The notes under the pieces are model-generated. The model was not told where the DNA came from, searched no databases, and saw nothing but the letters and a program-made list of their open reading frames with translations. A stretch of 64,000 bases of DNA, taken from assembly GCA_004431415.1 (NCBI GenBank), contig QPMI01000003.1, positions 1 through 64,000 of the forward strand, given 5' to 3'. Below are positions 1 to 11,972 of the stretch, piece after piece; the first letter of the stretch is position 1, and the number at the start of each line of letters is the position of its first letter. The stretch comes from Cyanophora paradoxa CCMP329. Taxonomy: Eukaryota > Plantae > Glaucophyta. The position numbers and the translations under genes are program-made.

Positions 1-3000
1 TGAACTGCAGCGCCCCGAAGAGCGCGATCAGGGGCGCTGCGCCCGCCCCCGCGTCAGATGGAGTAGGGGGCGGGGGCGGGGGCGCGCGCGCCGACGGAGA
101 GGACGACGAGGGCGAGCTTCCAGCCGGAGACGAAGGCGATGACGATGCCGCAGATCAGCGTCGACGCCGTCTGCGCCATCATCCCCATCTGCGGCACAAA
201 GGGGCGCGTCGGAGGGGGAGCGGGGAGGAGGGAGGAGGCGGGGCGGGGGCGGACGCGGGCGGTGGTGGCGCCCTGCACGAGCGACGCGTCCGTCTGCAGG
301 TTCGTCGTCACCTGCGCACCGGCCCGGGCCGCGCCCGTCAGACCCCTCGCGCCCCCCGCGCTCGGACGCGCGTCCAAGTCCGGCGCACGATGCGGGCCGA
401 GTTCTTCTCGTCGTCGAACCAGCCGATGTTCTGCCGCAGGATCGCCCTGCGCGCCCGAGGCGTCAGACGCCCGAGACGCGGGGCGGCCGGGGGCCCGGGT
501 GCGCGGGCGCCTGAAGGTCTGGACGCGGATGTGGAAGGTGAGGTGCTCGCCGGTGACGTTGAAGGCGGTGAGCTGGAGGAAGTTGAAGAGGAACATCGCC
601 CCGCCCTGCCAGCGAAGGAGGCGGGGGGGCTCAGCGGGCCGGGGGGGGCGAGGAGGCGGAGGAGGAGGAGGGAGGGGCGACGCGCCAGGACGACGAACAT
701 GAGGGCCCAGAAGCGCGCCTCGGACTCGGTCTCGCTCTGCGGCGGCGGGTTCGGCAGGTACGGCCTGCGGCGAGGCGTCAGCTGCGGGCGGGGCGGGGCG
801 GGGGGCGCGCGGGGCGGGCTTGTAGAAGACGGCGAGGATCTCGGAGAAGATGATGGAGAAGACGGGGAAGACGGCCCCGTTGCCCAGCGCCGAGAGGATC
901 CCCAGCACGATCAGGTACCAGTGGTGGCCCGCCATCCCCAGCACCCGGCCCCTGCGCGCCGGCCCCGCCCCCTCAGCGCGGGGCCGCCTCGACTGGCGCG
1001 GGGGCCGGGGCGGGGGCGCGTGCGGACCACGGGACTTCGACCTTGCCCTCGTCCGAGTCGGCGGGGCGGCCCTTCTTCTTCCCGCCCTTCTTGCCCTTGA
1101 GGGAGCCCTCCTCGCTCGAGGCCGCCGCCCCCGCCGCCTCGGCCCCGCCCTCGCCGGCTTGGCCGTGCCCGTGCCGGTGGAAGAGGCCGTGCGCGTGCTG
1201 CTGCTGCTGCTCCGTCGAGTGCCGCACCGACGAGCGCCGCGCCTGCACGCGTGCCCGCAGGCGCCGCCGCTCGAAGAGGGAGCGACGGGCGGGGCGGGGC
1301 GGGCGGGCGGGGCGGGCGGACGGGGGCGAGGGCGTCGGGGTCGGGGGGGGCCTCGCCCCCCATCGCCCGCGCGTCCCGCTCCTCCTCGTGCTTCCCCGAC
1401 TGCCCGCCCCGCGTCAGCAGAGGGGCGGGCCAGCCAGCCCAGCCTAGCCGGCCGGCTGCAGGGGGCGGGCGGGCCTGGGCGTGGACGAGGTCGGCGTAGA
1501 GGCCGCCCCGCGCCATCAGCGCCTCGTGCGTCCCGCTCTCCGCCACCACCTGCCCCGCCCCCGGCCCCGCTCGCCTCGCCTCGGCCTCCGATCGGCCCTC
1601 GGGCGGGCCCGCGCACCCCGGCGTCGAAGACGTAGATGCGGTCCGCCTTTTGGATCGTCGAGAGCCGGTGCGCGATCACTGCGGGCGGCCGGTGAGGCGC
1701 AGCGGCGGTGGCGGGGCCGCTCGGGCCGCGCGGCGCGCGCGCGCCGCGCGCACCGATGGTGGTGCGGCCCTTCATGAGGCGGTCGAGGGCCTCCTGGACG
1801 ACCCGCTCGCTCACGTTGTCCAGCGCCGACGTCGCCTCGTCGAGGAGGAGGATGCGCGGGTTCTTGATCAGCGCCCGCGCGATCGCGATCCGCTGCTTCT
1901 GCCCCCCCGAGAGCTGCGCGCCTGCGGGCCAAGGCGGTGAGGCGAGGCGAGCAGCTGGACAGCTGCTTCCGGGAGAGGATTAAGCTTCGAGCGGGCACCG
2001 ATGTCGCCGACGTAGGTGTCGTAGCCCTTCGGCATCTTCGAGATGAAGTCGTGCGCGTTCGCCGCCTGCGCGAGTTCGCGGTCTGCGTGCGCCCCCGCAG
2101 GGGGGGAGCAGGGGCGGAGGGCGGGCGGGCCTTGCAGGCGGCGACGATCTCCTCGTCCGTCGCGTCCTGCTTCCCCATCTGCGCGGCTCGCGGGTGAGAG
2201 GCCGGGGCCGGGGGCCGCCGCTCGCTGGAAGGGGCGCGCGCCTTGATGTTCTCGCGGATGGACGTCGCGAAGAGCACCGGCTCCTGCGGCCGGCCCCAGG
2301 TCAGCGGGGGCCGGGGCGGAGGCTCGATGCGGCGGGGCGGGGCGGGGCGGGGCGGGGCGGGGGCGGGCCTGGCCGACGAGGCCGATCTGGGAGCGCCACC
2401 AGCGCACGTTGAGCTGCTTGAGGTCCCGCCCGTCCACCGTCACCGTCCCCGCCTGCCAGCGCCCCCGCTCCTCGCTCGGATGCGGCCGGCGGCGAAGGGG
2501 GAGATAGACCGGGGCGGGGCGCACCGCGGGGTCGTAGTAGCGGAGGATGAGCTGGATGCACGTGCTCTTGCCTGCCGGCGGCGTCGGCGTGGGATGGACC
2601 CCCGCCGGTGCGAAGCGCGATTCGCGCGGGGCGGGCGGACCGCAGCCGGAGTGGCCGACGAGGGCGACGGTCTCGCCCTGGCGGACGGAGAGGGAGGCCC
2701 CGCGCAGGATGGGCACGTCCGCCCGCGTCGGCTGCCGGAGCGGCACGCACGCCCCGTCAGAAGCGGGGCGGCCGAGGCGGGATGGGGTGGGGCGGGGCGC
2801 ACGTAGGTGAAGCGGACGTCGCGGAGCTCGATGTCGCCCTGCGCCCCCGCCCGCGCGGATCACATCAGAGCGGGGCGGGAGGCAAGGGGCGAGCGATCGA
2901 ATCGCAGGGGCGCACGCTGAGGCTCGGGAGGGTCTCGCCCCGCGGGTCGAACGAGTCGATCCTGCCGCCGAGCAAGGCATCAGCGACGCCGGCCCTCAGA

Positions 3001-5266
3001 ATAGAGGGCTCGAGCGGGGGGCGCACGCGGAGGCGCGGTCGCAGATGCCGAAGATGACGAAGGCCGCCCCGCGCCCGTCCGCGAAGGCCGGGAACGACGG
3101 CGACGCTTGCCTGCGGTCCCGAACGGCCGCCGCCGCCGACGGCGTCAGGGGGCGCGCGGGTCTTGGGCGCGCCTCGAGGGGGGCGCGCACCCGATGCCGA
3201 AGGCGCCCATGATGATGGCCTTCGAGGAGGAGGGAAGTCGAGACGGCCCGGCCCGAGGCGCGTCAGCCGGTACCCCGCTAGCTCGGCGCCGGCGGGGGCG
3301 GGGGCGCACAAAGAAGACGGTGACGATGTCGCCGCCGGTGTAGGGCTGGCCCGTCGCGCTGTTCGTCACCTTGTTGAGGATGAGCCAGGAGCCGAACCAG
3401 AAGGCCAGGCCGTACGAGCAGAAGATCTGCGGGCGCGGGGCCCCGCCGCGGCGTCGAGCGGGCCCGGGCCGGGGCGGGGCGGGGCGGAGGGGCGCGGGCG
3501 GGGCGGGGCGGACGGTGAGCATCATGAAGCCGACGGAGAGGCCGGCGCTCACGCTGCGGCGCGGGGTCAGCGGGGGCGGGCCCCCGGGCGGGGTGTGGGG
3601 TGCGGGGTGCGGGGCGGGGCGGACCCCTTCTTGACGCCGTGGGCGCGGGCCTGCTCGAGGTTGCCGGCGTAGCGCTTCTCCTCGCGCTCCTCCCCCGTGA
3701 AGCTCACCACCGTCCGCACGCTCGTCACCACCTGCCGCCGCGAGCATCACAACCAGGGGGCCCCTTCGAGGAGCCGGCCGGCGGGCGTGGGGGCGGGGGG
3801 GCGGGCCTCGTCGGCGACGTCGCCGGCTTTGGCGTAGGCGCCCTGCCCGCTCTGAGACGCCTCCGTCTGCCCCGCCCCCCCGCGTCAGGCCGAGGGAGGG
3901 CGGGGGCCGGGGCGCCGCGCACGATGAACTTCGTCATGATAGCGCCAGCGATGCCGAGGATGGGCCTGCGGGGCGGCCCGGGCGCGCGTGCGTCGGCCTG
4001 GGGGCGCGAGGGGGGCAGCCCGGGGGCGGACATGGCGCCCATGATGACGAGGGCGAGGTGCCAGCCCTTGACGAGGCCCACGATGATGCCCGCGAAGAAC
4101 GTCGAGCTGTGGTGGATCACCACCCCCACCTTCTCCCCGATCCTGCACGCAGCGCTGTGGGGACGAGGGGGTGGAGGGCAGGGGGGCAGGGGGGTATGGC
4201 GCGCACGCGTCCTGGATGAGCTTGACGTCGGCGTTGATGCGGGAGGAGAGCTCGCCGGGCTTGTGGCTGTCGAACCACGCCACCTGCCGGCCCGCGCGGC
4301 GGGGAGGGGCGCCGGCTCGAGTCCGGGCGGGGCGCCGGCGAGAGCAGGGGGCGCGGGGCGGGGCGCGCCTCCTGCCGGAGCATGGCCCTGAGGAGGGCGG
4401 CGCGGATGCGCCGCGACTGCCGCTCCGCGTTCACCATCCACAGGCCCGTCTCCAGCCTGCGCGCCCGCCCGGCCTCAGCGGGGGCGGGGGTCGGGGCGCG
4501 CCGCCCCGCCCCGCCCGGCCGGCCGGGAGCGGGGCGCACCAGGAAGCGACGGCCACAGCGACGCCGATGAGCACGAAGATGACGGAGAATTTAGCGACCT
4601 GTTCCTGGATGCTCGACGAGTTCAGGCTCTGCGCGCGCCCCGCGGTGAGTGCGCGGCGCCGGCCGGCCGGCGGGCGGCGGGCGCGCGCGGGGCGGCGGGG
4701 CCGGGCGCGCGCACGTTCATCATCTCGCCGAAGACGATGGAGAAGGCGGGGAGGGCCGCGCCGTTGATCACCGCCCCGATCGTCCCCATCAGCATGATGA
4801 ACTGCGCGCGTGAGTGAGCGAGCGAGTGAGCGCGCGGGGGCGGGACCCCCGGGTGCGGAGGGGCGCGCGCCTTGTCCATGGGCGTCGCGAAGCGCAGCAG
4901 CAGCTGCATGAATGGGACCTGCGGCGGGGCTGACTCGGCCGCCGCCCTCGCGGGCCGCAACGCTCGGGCGTTACCATCTTCTTCGGATCCGGCTTCTTCT
5001 TCGCATCCTTCTGCTGCGAGCGGAGGTGAGGCTTACATTCTGGTAGAGGCCGTTAGATCGAAGCGCGCACCTCCTCCTTTGCGGGTTCCGCGAGGGTCGG
5101 CGGCGGTTCGACGAAGTTAAGCGGCGTGTCGCCACGCGCCTTGAGGAGGTCATCTGCCGAGGCAGGTGCGGGCTGCCAGCCCGGCCCGAGAGAGTTTGGT
5201 GTTGCGGATCTCGGATCGATGCTCACCGCCTCGAGCGAGAGCACTAACACGGATCGGACAATGCAT
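1..5266 (-). CDS. ABCB: Full-size ABCB/MDR (P-glycoprotein-like) transporter, ~35 introns in the window; 3' part (rest of TMD2 and NBD2) lies beyond the left edge
   Basis: Spliced exons give TMD1 ([15 protein letters not shown]; [18 protein letters not shown]), Walker A GHSGCGKST, Q-loop LVGQEPVLF, signature [14 protein letters not shown], Walker [14 protein letters not shown]-loop IAHRLSTI, and TMD2 ([16 protein letters not shown]; [13 protein letters not shown]). The start at 5266 is tentative. Confidence 0.95.
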
Positions 5267-6318
5267 GTCAGTTCTCGAAACTCCGAGTCTGGCGAGCGCG
5301 GCGCCGAGACGCTTTCCGGCGGCTGCAGCAGCGTTGGAAGCTAACGTGGCTGCGTGCAACGCACCGGCTGGTTGCGGCGCGTACGCCGAACTGAGCGGTA
5401 TTATGAACTTCAAAGCGGTGCGGAGTTCGGCGCGGCGCTAGCTACCTCATTCTTGAATGGAAACCAGTACGTGGAGCTCAGATGTTCCGCTTCACCCGGC
5501 TTGCCGCTTCGCCCGGTTCGTCTGATATGTCTCCCGCGTGCGCCCACGCGCGCAGCTCGGGCTCTCGCTGGCTAACTGAACAGATCGAGCACGAGATGCA
5601 GAGCCGATGGAAACCCCCTTGAAGCGGCTGGCCGCTGGGGATCCCCGCAAAACGCGTGCGTGTGAGCTGTCCTAAATGGAGCTGCCGGGGATCGATCACG
5701 CGACGTCGACGTCACGGCGTCGGCAAAGCAAGCTAATTGCTAAGGCTCTTCGGATTCAGCCGAGTCAATTGGATCAGATCTAGACAAACACATGTACAGA
5801 GGCACTTCATTAATATATTCGTGACAAGCTTAATAAGCGCTGTCAAGCGAGTTCGAGATGATACCCACTGGGCCAGTATACGTAGTAGTTATATCGCCCA
5901 GAAACGCAAGCCGGGATTACAACTTGGCAAGCTGATCATGAGCGCAGGCCGCGGCGATCGCGATGAGTCCGACGGTCCGAGGGCGGGCTTCTCGCGATCG
6001 ATCGGCGCGGCCGCCCTGGGCGCGCCGCCGAGCACTGCGGCAGCTCCTCGGGGGCGTCGTACGTGTAAACCGGCCATCCGCGCCAGGCTGGAGTGCGCGG
6101 GCCTTCTGGGACGCTGCCGGCGCCGAGCCCGCAACGCGAGCCGCCGCCGAGATCAAGGGACCGCTGGGCGGAGCCCTGGGGGTGGGTCGTCACGAGGGCC
6201 GCGCGCCGAGGGCTGGCTGGGGGGGGCGAGCCGGCGAGGCGTGCACCTCGCAGGCAGGGCGGGTGGATAGGTGCGGGGCCTCCAGCACTTGATGTCCAAG
6301 GCGGGGGAGGCGGGCGCC

Positions 6319-7701
6319 TCAGGCGGGGCCCCCGGCGAGGCGGAGCAGGGCGGCGAGGATTTGCTCGATGGAGGGGCGCGCCCCCGCCTCCCCCGCCAGG
6401 CATGCCCGCACCAGCAGCGGCACCGTCGGGTGCACCGCCCCCAGCCCGCTGCCCCCGCCCCGGCTCGACCCCGATGCAGTAGCTGGGGAAGGGGGGGGGG
6501 TACAGCGCACTCGAGGAGGGCGTCGGGGTACGGGGCGTGTGCGGCGCCGGCCTGGAAGGGCTTCTGGCTCGTGAAGCACTCCACGATCATGATCCCGAAG
6601 CTCCACACGTCGATCTTCCTCGCGTCGTACCCCGCCGGCTGCCGCAACGGCTTGACAAAGGGAGGAGGGGGGGGGCGGGGGGGGCGGGGGAGAGAAGGAA
6701 GGGGAGGGCACCGGGTTGAGGGTCTCGGTGCGGGCTTCGGGGGGGAGGTAGTCGGTTTGCCCGAAGAATGTGCTGAGGGTCCCCACGTGCTGCGGGCAGA
6801 CGGCGGCCTCGGCGAGCAGCGGCACGGAACGCGAGGAGCGTGGCGGGGCGCAGCGGCGCACCCGCGCGATGCCGAAATCGCAGAGGCGGACCGTCCGGTC
6901 CATGTCGAAGACCTGCAGGGGGTGTCAGCCCCGCCGGCGCCCGGGAGGCGGTGCCGGGCGCGCCAGAACGTTGGCGGGCTTCCTGCGGGCGCGTGAGGGA
7001 CAGGCGGCGGGGGCGGTGGGCGGGCGGGGGCGCACAGGTCGCGGTGCACGATGCAGTCCTGCTCGCTGAGGCCGTGGTGGAGGTACCTCAGGCCTTGCGC
7101 GATCTGGACGAGCTGCAGATCCGGAGCAAGCGTCGGAAGCTTGCCAGGGGCGAGCAGGCGCCGGCCGCACGTAGGAAAGGGCCCGCTGCGGCTCCAGGGG
7201 GCCCCGGGCGGCCAGAAGCTGGGCCAGAGAGTAGGATGCGAGAGGGAAGACCATGTAGATGTTGCCGTCGTCCGCGTACGCCTCCTCCAGCGGGAGGATG
7301 TTCGGGTGGGCGCAGCGCCGCAGGATCGAGATGCCCCGTGGCTCGCGCACTGCCGACTGGTTCTGCTCCGACGCCTCGCCCGTGACCGGAACGACTTTTA
7401 CCGCGAGAGCTCGCGCGCGGTAGTACACTGCAGGGGGCGTCATTCCGACGTAGCTTCGCGGCGCGGGGCCATCTAGACCTTGATAGACGGCTCCAAACTG
7501 GCCACGGCCCAGAGGCAGGGCCTGATCGGCGGCGAGTGCGTCGATCTGTACTCGTTGCATCAGCGGCGGCGCGTGTATCGGCGGCAATTTTCATTTCGTT
7601 GTACTCGCCAGCGAGGCCGGCGGTGGCGGCAGACTGGCCGCCGGGGAGGGAGGCTGTCCATGCGCGGTGCCTGCTGACCCCGCCCTTTCCGTGTAGCCCA
7701 T
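6319..7701 (-). CDS. Ser/Thr protein kinase, multi-exon
   Basis: LGRGQFGAVY, AVKVV, HPNILPL, HRDL-KPANVL, LCDFGIAR, GQTDYLPPE, DVWSFG, and subdomain XI RPSIEQIL before the stop at 6319. The start is tentative. Confidence 0.88.
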
Positions 7702-8201
7702 CGAAAGCGGGCCAACGCGAACTGGATCGGAGGAGCAACGCAGACACCCTAGGATCTTATACCCCCGCCAGCGTCTTTCCCCCCCTCGCTGAGACTTCAG
7801 ATTAGTGGCCGGCAGACGCGGCAGTTACTTCAAGGGGTTATCCGCTTGATCCCCGGCGCCTCGGCAGCGCGAGGAGCGCGAGGAGCTCCGATATCATTAA
7901 CAACTGCAGCGGCGCATCCCGTCGCGATTCCTGCGCCTAGGCGAACAGCCGCACGATTGGCTCAGTGGCCCGATCGGCAATCGGCGACCCAAGGTCCGCA
8001 ATAGTCGAAAGCGGCGCAGCATTATCGCTGTATCAAGCAGTATCAGCTTATCAAGGATCCGGCGGCGCTGAGTACACGCGGCCGGAGTGGTGCGGGAGTC
8101 TCGGGCCGGGGCGAATCTGGCCATGACCATGGTTGCTTCGCGCCGTCGCCTGCACATCTGACGAGCCCGGGCTACGCTTCTGCGGCTGAAGTCCGGAAGC
8201 A

Positions 8202-10027
8202 ATGCAGCTCTTAAGCGTTTTCGTGCGTGCCCTCCATATGCATGACCCACCCGCGAGCTCACAGCATGGTGTTCCCGTTTGCTATGCGTAGGAGGGAAAC
8301 TTCAGCACGGCGTTCAGATCAGTTGACGCATTTCCCTATGTCGGTGAGCCCCCTGTTAAAACGGCTGCATGCTTGCCGGCCCTAGCGCACGCACTTCGTC
8401 CCAGTCATGAGCAAAGCTCCATTGCGCATCCAAGCGCTCCCTGTCCCTCTGCGCGCATACTGCATGATAGTCGTCTCCAGCTATCGATATGACAGTCGTC
8501 TCCATCGCGCACAGCTCGCACCCTCGCTCTACCCATACGCGCACGTGCCAGACGCGCTGCAAGGCTTAGCTTGAGTTCCCACCGCTTACGCGCCTCGCGC
8601 GCTCGCCCCGCGCAGTGAGGAAGACGAGGACCTCGAAGTGCAGCCTGATAGCCTCGATCCTCGCGTACGGCTTCATCTGCTACATCTTCTCCCTCTCCTT
8701 CGCGAAGTTCGCCACGGGCTACTTCAGCGTCAGCAAGCAGCTCAGGTGCGCCCCGCCGGCGCCGGCGCCAGCGCCCCGCCCGCCCTCGCGCCGCTGAGGC
8801 GCAGGGACGTCGACGCAGGGCTACCCCCACCGGGATCTCCTACACCGCCCCAAAGATGGGCAAGTTATCTCGCGCCCCTTGGTATTCTCTGCTTACTTAC
8901 CTGCGTCGGTTTCGGGTGCAGGCATCGCCATCCTGGTGGCCGATACCCCCCGCCGCCCCTTCACCGTGCAAGAATGCTGATCGCGCGCCCGGCCCGCAGG
9001 TCAACAACCAGCCGTTCTACAACGGCGCGCCCCTCCTCTCCCGGCCCCCGCGCGCCCCGCCACCGCACGTCCCCGCGCTGACCCGCGCGCAGACACGCTC
9101 TACCGGGTCTTCTTCACGCAAATCACAATAAGGGATCAGGACCGCCTGCCCCGCGTGCGAGAGCCCCTCGAGACGGTCACGTGCACGTGCGCGGCCTGCT
9201 GCGTGTCGCGAGGGGCTGGGGGGGCGGGCCCCTCACCCCGGGGCGCGGCGGGGCAGGCTCGGGCCGCAAGGCATCGAGGGCCGCTGCCCCTCGGCGCAGC
9301 CGCGCGTCCAGGCCGACTTCACGGATCCGACTTACCAATACCAGGAGGTGCCCCCCCGCCCCCGCTCTCGCCCGATCGGCCCGCGGGGCGCGCCGCCGAC
9401 GCCTCTGCCCCTGCCCCTGCGCCCCTCGCCGCCCGGCAGATGTCGATCCGGTCGTGCCTGGCGTTCGCGCCGCAGAACTGCGACGCCTCGGCGATCTCCA
9501 AGCTCGCGTACATGGTCGACGTGGACCTGTGCGCCCCTCCCCTGCCGCCCCCGCGCGCCCTCCTCCCCCGTGCCGACCCCGCCCCGCCCCGCCCCGCCCC
9601 GCCCCGCCCCTCCCCCGCAGCTTCTACTACCACGAGGTCGCTAAAGGAGAGTTCAAATGGTCCGCCCCGCCCCGCCCGCGCTCTGCCCGCCGGCCCGCCG
9701 GCCCCGCTCCTGGCGCCCTCATCTCCGCGCCGCAGGGGGGCGGTCTACGTGACCTTCGACCCCAGCTTCTACCAGGTGCCCGCCCCTCCACCCCGTCCCG
9801 TCCCCGCGCCCTCTCGGGCCCCCGCGCCCGACCCGGCCCGCCCGCCACAGGGCATCGAGACCTACTTCCGCTACACGCGTCAGATCACCGTGCGGCCCCT
9901 CCCGCCCGCCCGCCCGCCTCCGAGCCCCCCCCGCTCGCTCGCTGGGCCTCGCTGACGCCGCCCCGCAGGACAGCCGCTGGTAGTGCGTCGCCCCTCCCCT
10001 CCCCCCCCCCCCTCCCCTCCCCCCCCC

Positions 10028-10061
<34 letters not shown>

Positions 10062-11319
10062 CTCGCCTCGCCGCCGCCAGCACTCACCGGTCGGCGGCGT
10101 GCGCGCGGGGGCGGCAGCTTCGACACGCCGCCGGTGCAGGAGTACGTCGCCATGGAGACCTTCTACATCCGCCGCGCCTACCTCTCCGGGTGCCCCGCGC
10201 CCGCCCCCGCCCCCCGCCCCCGCCCCCCGCCCCCCGCGCCCCGCGCCCCGTCTGAGCGCCCCCGCCCGCCCCGCCCCGCTGCAGCAACGGGAACCTGATC
10301 CGGGTGCGCCCCGCCGAGGCCGGCCGAGTCGAGGGGAGCGCGCGGGCCGGCGGCTGACGGGGGCGGGGCGGGGGCGGGGTGCAGTTCTTCATCCGGGCGT
10401 CGCCGGAGTTCTACGAGGAGCGCATCATCTACCACTCCATCCTCCTCGTCTCCCGCGAGACCGGCGCCTTCTGGGTCCGCCCCCCCGCCCCGCCCCGCCC
10501 CGCCCCCTCCCCCGCCCCGCCCCGCCCCGCCCGCGCGAAGCAGCACCGGGGAGCTCGGGGCGGCGGGCCGACGGGGGCGGGCAGGTCGTCGTGATGTTCG
10601 TCTTCGGGGCGCCGAGCGTCCTCGCCAACTACCTCCTCTTCCTGGTAACCCCCCCCCCCCCCCCCCCCCGGCCCCCGGCCCCCGGCCCCACCCGAGCCCT
10701 CCCCGCGCTCACGCGCCCCGCGCAGCGCGACCGCCGGCGGGGCCTCAAGGGGACGGACCCGCCGGGCCCGTACCAGCCGCCGGACGTGAGCATGAAGGCG
10801 AGCCGGCGGCGGGTGGCGGCGCTGGCGGAGGGGAGCAGCGAGCGGGGGAGCGAGCGGGAGCAGTCGAGCGAGGCCTCGCTCCTCGCCCCGCGCGCCGAGC
10901 GCCCGCCCTCGGAGCTCCTCGCGCTGCACCGGCGCTCGCTGCGCGGCACCGTCGCCCTCTACCCCGTCGAGGAGGCGCTGCCCGCCCCCACGGCCCCCCC
11001 CCCCTCGGGGGCCTCCCCCAAGGGCGAGCTGTTCGAGCGGCGGCCGAGCCAGGCGGCGCGGCCCCCCGCGCGCCTGCCCGACCGCGAGCGCAACCTCTCC
11101 GTCGTGAGCGCCTCCATGCGGGCCTCCCCCACCCCCGCCTCCTTCTCCGGCGACGAGACCTCCGCCTGGCACCCGCCGCCGCCGGGCGCCACGGGGCCCA
11201 CGCCGCCGCCGGGGGAGCCCGGGGCGAGCCCGCACGCGCCGCGCGTCTCGGCGCGGGCGAGCCGCCTCGAGATCAAGTACTACTCCGAGGCGGAGGTCCG
11301 GGAGCCCAGCAAGGCCTAG
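8202..11319 (+). CDS. Two-TM protein with a large Cys-containing external loop and a long disordered C-tail (DEG/ENaC/PAC/ERGIC-like topology)
   Basis: FRSVDAFP..RKTRTSKCSLIASILAYGFICYIFSLSF (TM1); loop GRCPSAQPRVQADFTDPTYQY..SIRSC..NC; FFIRASPEFYEERIIYHSILLVSRETGAFWVVVMFVFGAPSVLANYLLFL (TM2); stop at 11319. It has many small exons. Confidence 0.7.
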
Positions 11320-11432
11320 GCCCGCCCCGGCCCGCCCCGGCCCCGGCCCCCGCCCCGGCCCCGGCCCCTCGCCTTCCTTCTCCTTCCTGCCCCTGCCCCG
11401 AGCCCTCGCAGTGAGGCATCTGTTCTTTGAAC

Positions 11433-11545
11433 CTAGTGGGTCGGTGTGTGCGTACTATAACTTAGTAAGCTTCCATGTATCCGGCCATGTATCCATCTTT
11501 CTAGTGGGTCATTTTAGTGTGTGCGTACTTTAACTTGATAAGCTT
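11433..11545. repeat. Imperfect ~40-45 bp direct repeat in an AT-rich convergent 3' region
   Basis: ctagtgggtc..gtgtgtgcgtactataacttagtaagctt (11433-11472) recurs as ctagtgggtc..gtgtgtgcgtactttaacttgataagctt (11501-11545), with ccatgtatcc twice between them. Confidence 0.8.
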
Positions 11546-11972
11546 TGCTTCAAGTTGTGCGAGTGTTGTACATTTGCGTATGTACCGTATTATATGGAAA
11601 CGATAGCATGCGCAGTGCACACGGTATGCAAATGCTGTAGGCGCAGATCTAGATCTGTTTCTGGCAATTTTCTAGATCATGCTTGCTATATACTATGAGA
11701 GTAGTTCTTTGAATTTTTGAATATTATTATACACATTGGAAGAATCATTGAATTCGAAAGAATATTAGAATCGATGATTTCTCAAGCGCACGAGATACTA
11801 TGATATCGATATGTAGATCTAGATCTGGACCGCAATTGCGCCGGGGCCCCGCGCCGGCGCTGCGCCGCGGCCGCTGACGTTGATAAATCCGATCCGACAA
11901 AACACGCGCGCGCGCATCGGGGCTTGTGCAATTGTACAGGCGGGCCCGCTGGGCTCGGGCTCGGGCCGGGGG

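Noticed and set aside
312-400. Apparently missing residues in ABCB after DEKNS, suggesting a hidden micro-exon
   Set aside because: Using the GT donor at 388 gives [14 protein letters not shown], which is the normal length.
37-5226. Euglenid-type non-spliceosomal or U12 introns
   Set aside because: Every intron I resolved has GT/GC..AG ends, most with a U2-like branch motif, and I saw no full RTATCCTT donor. The gtatccc at ~44389 is only a partial match.
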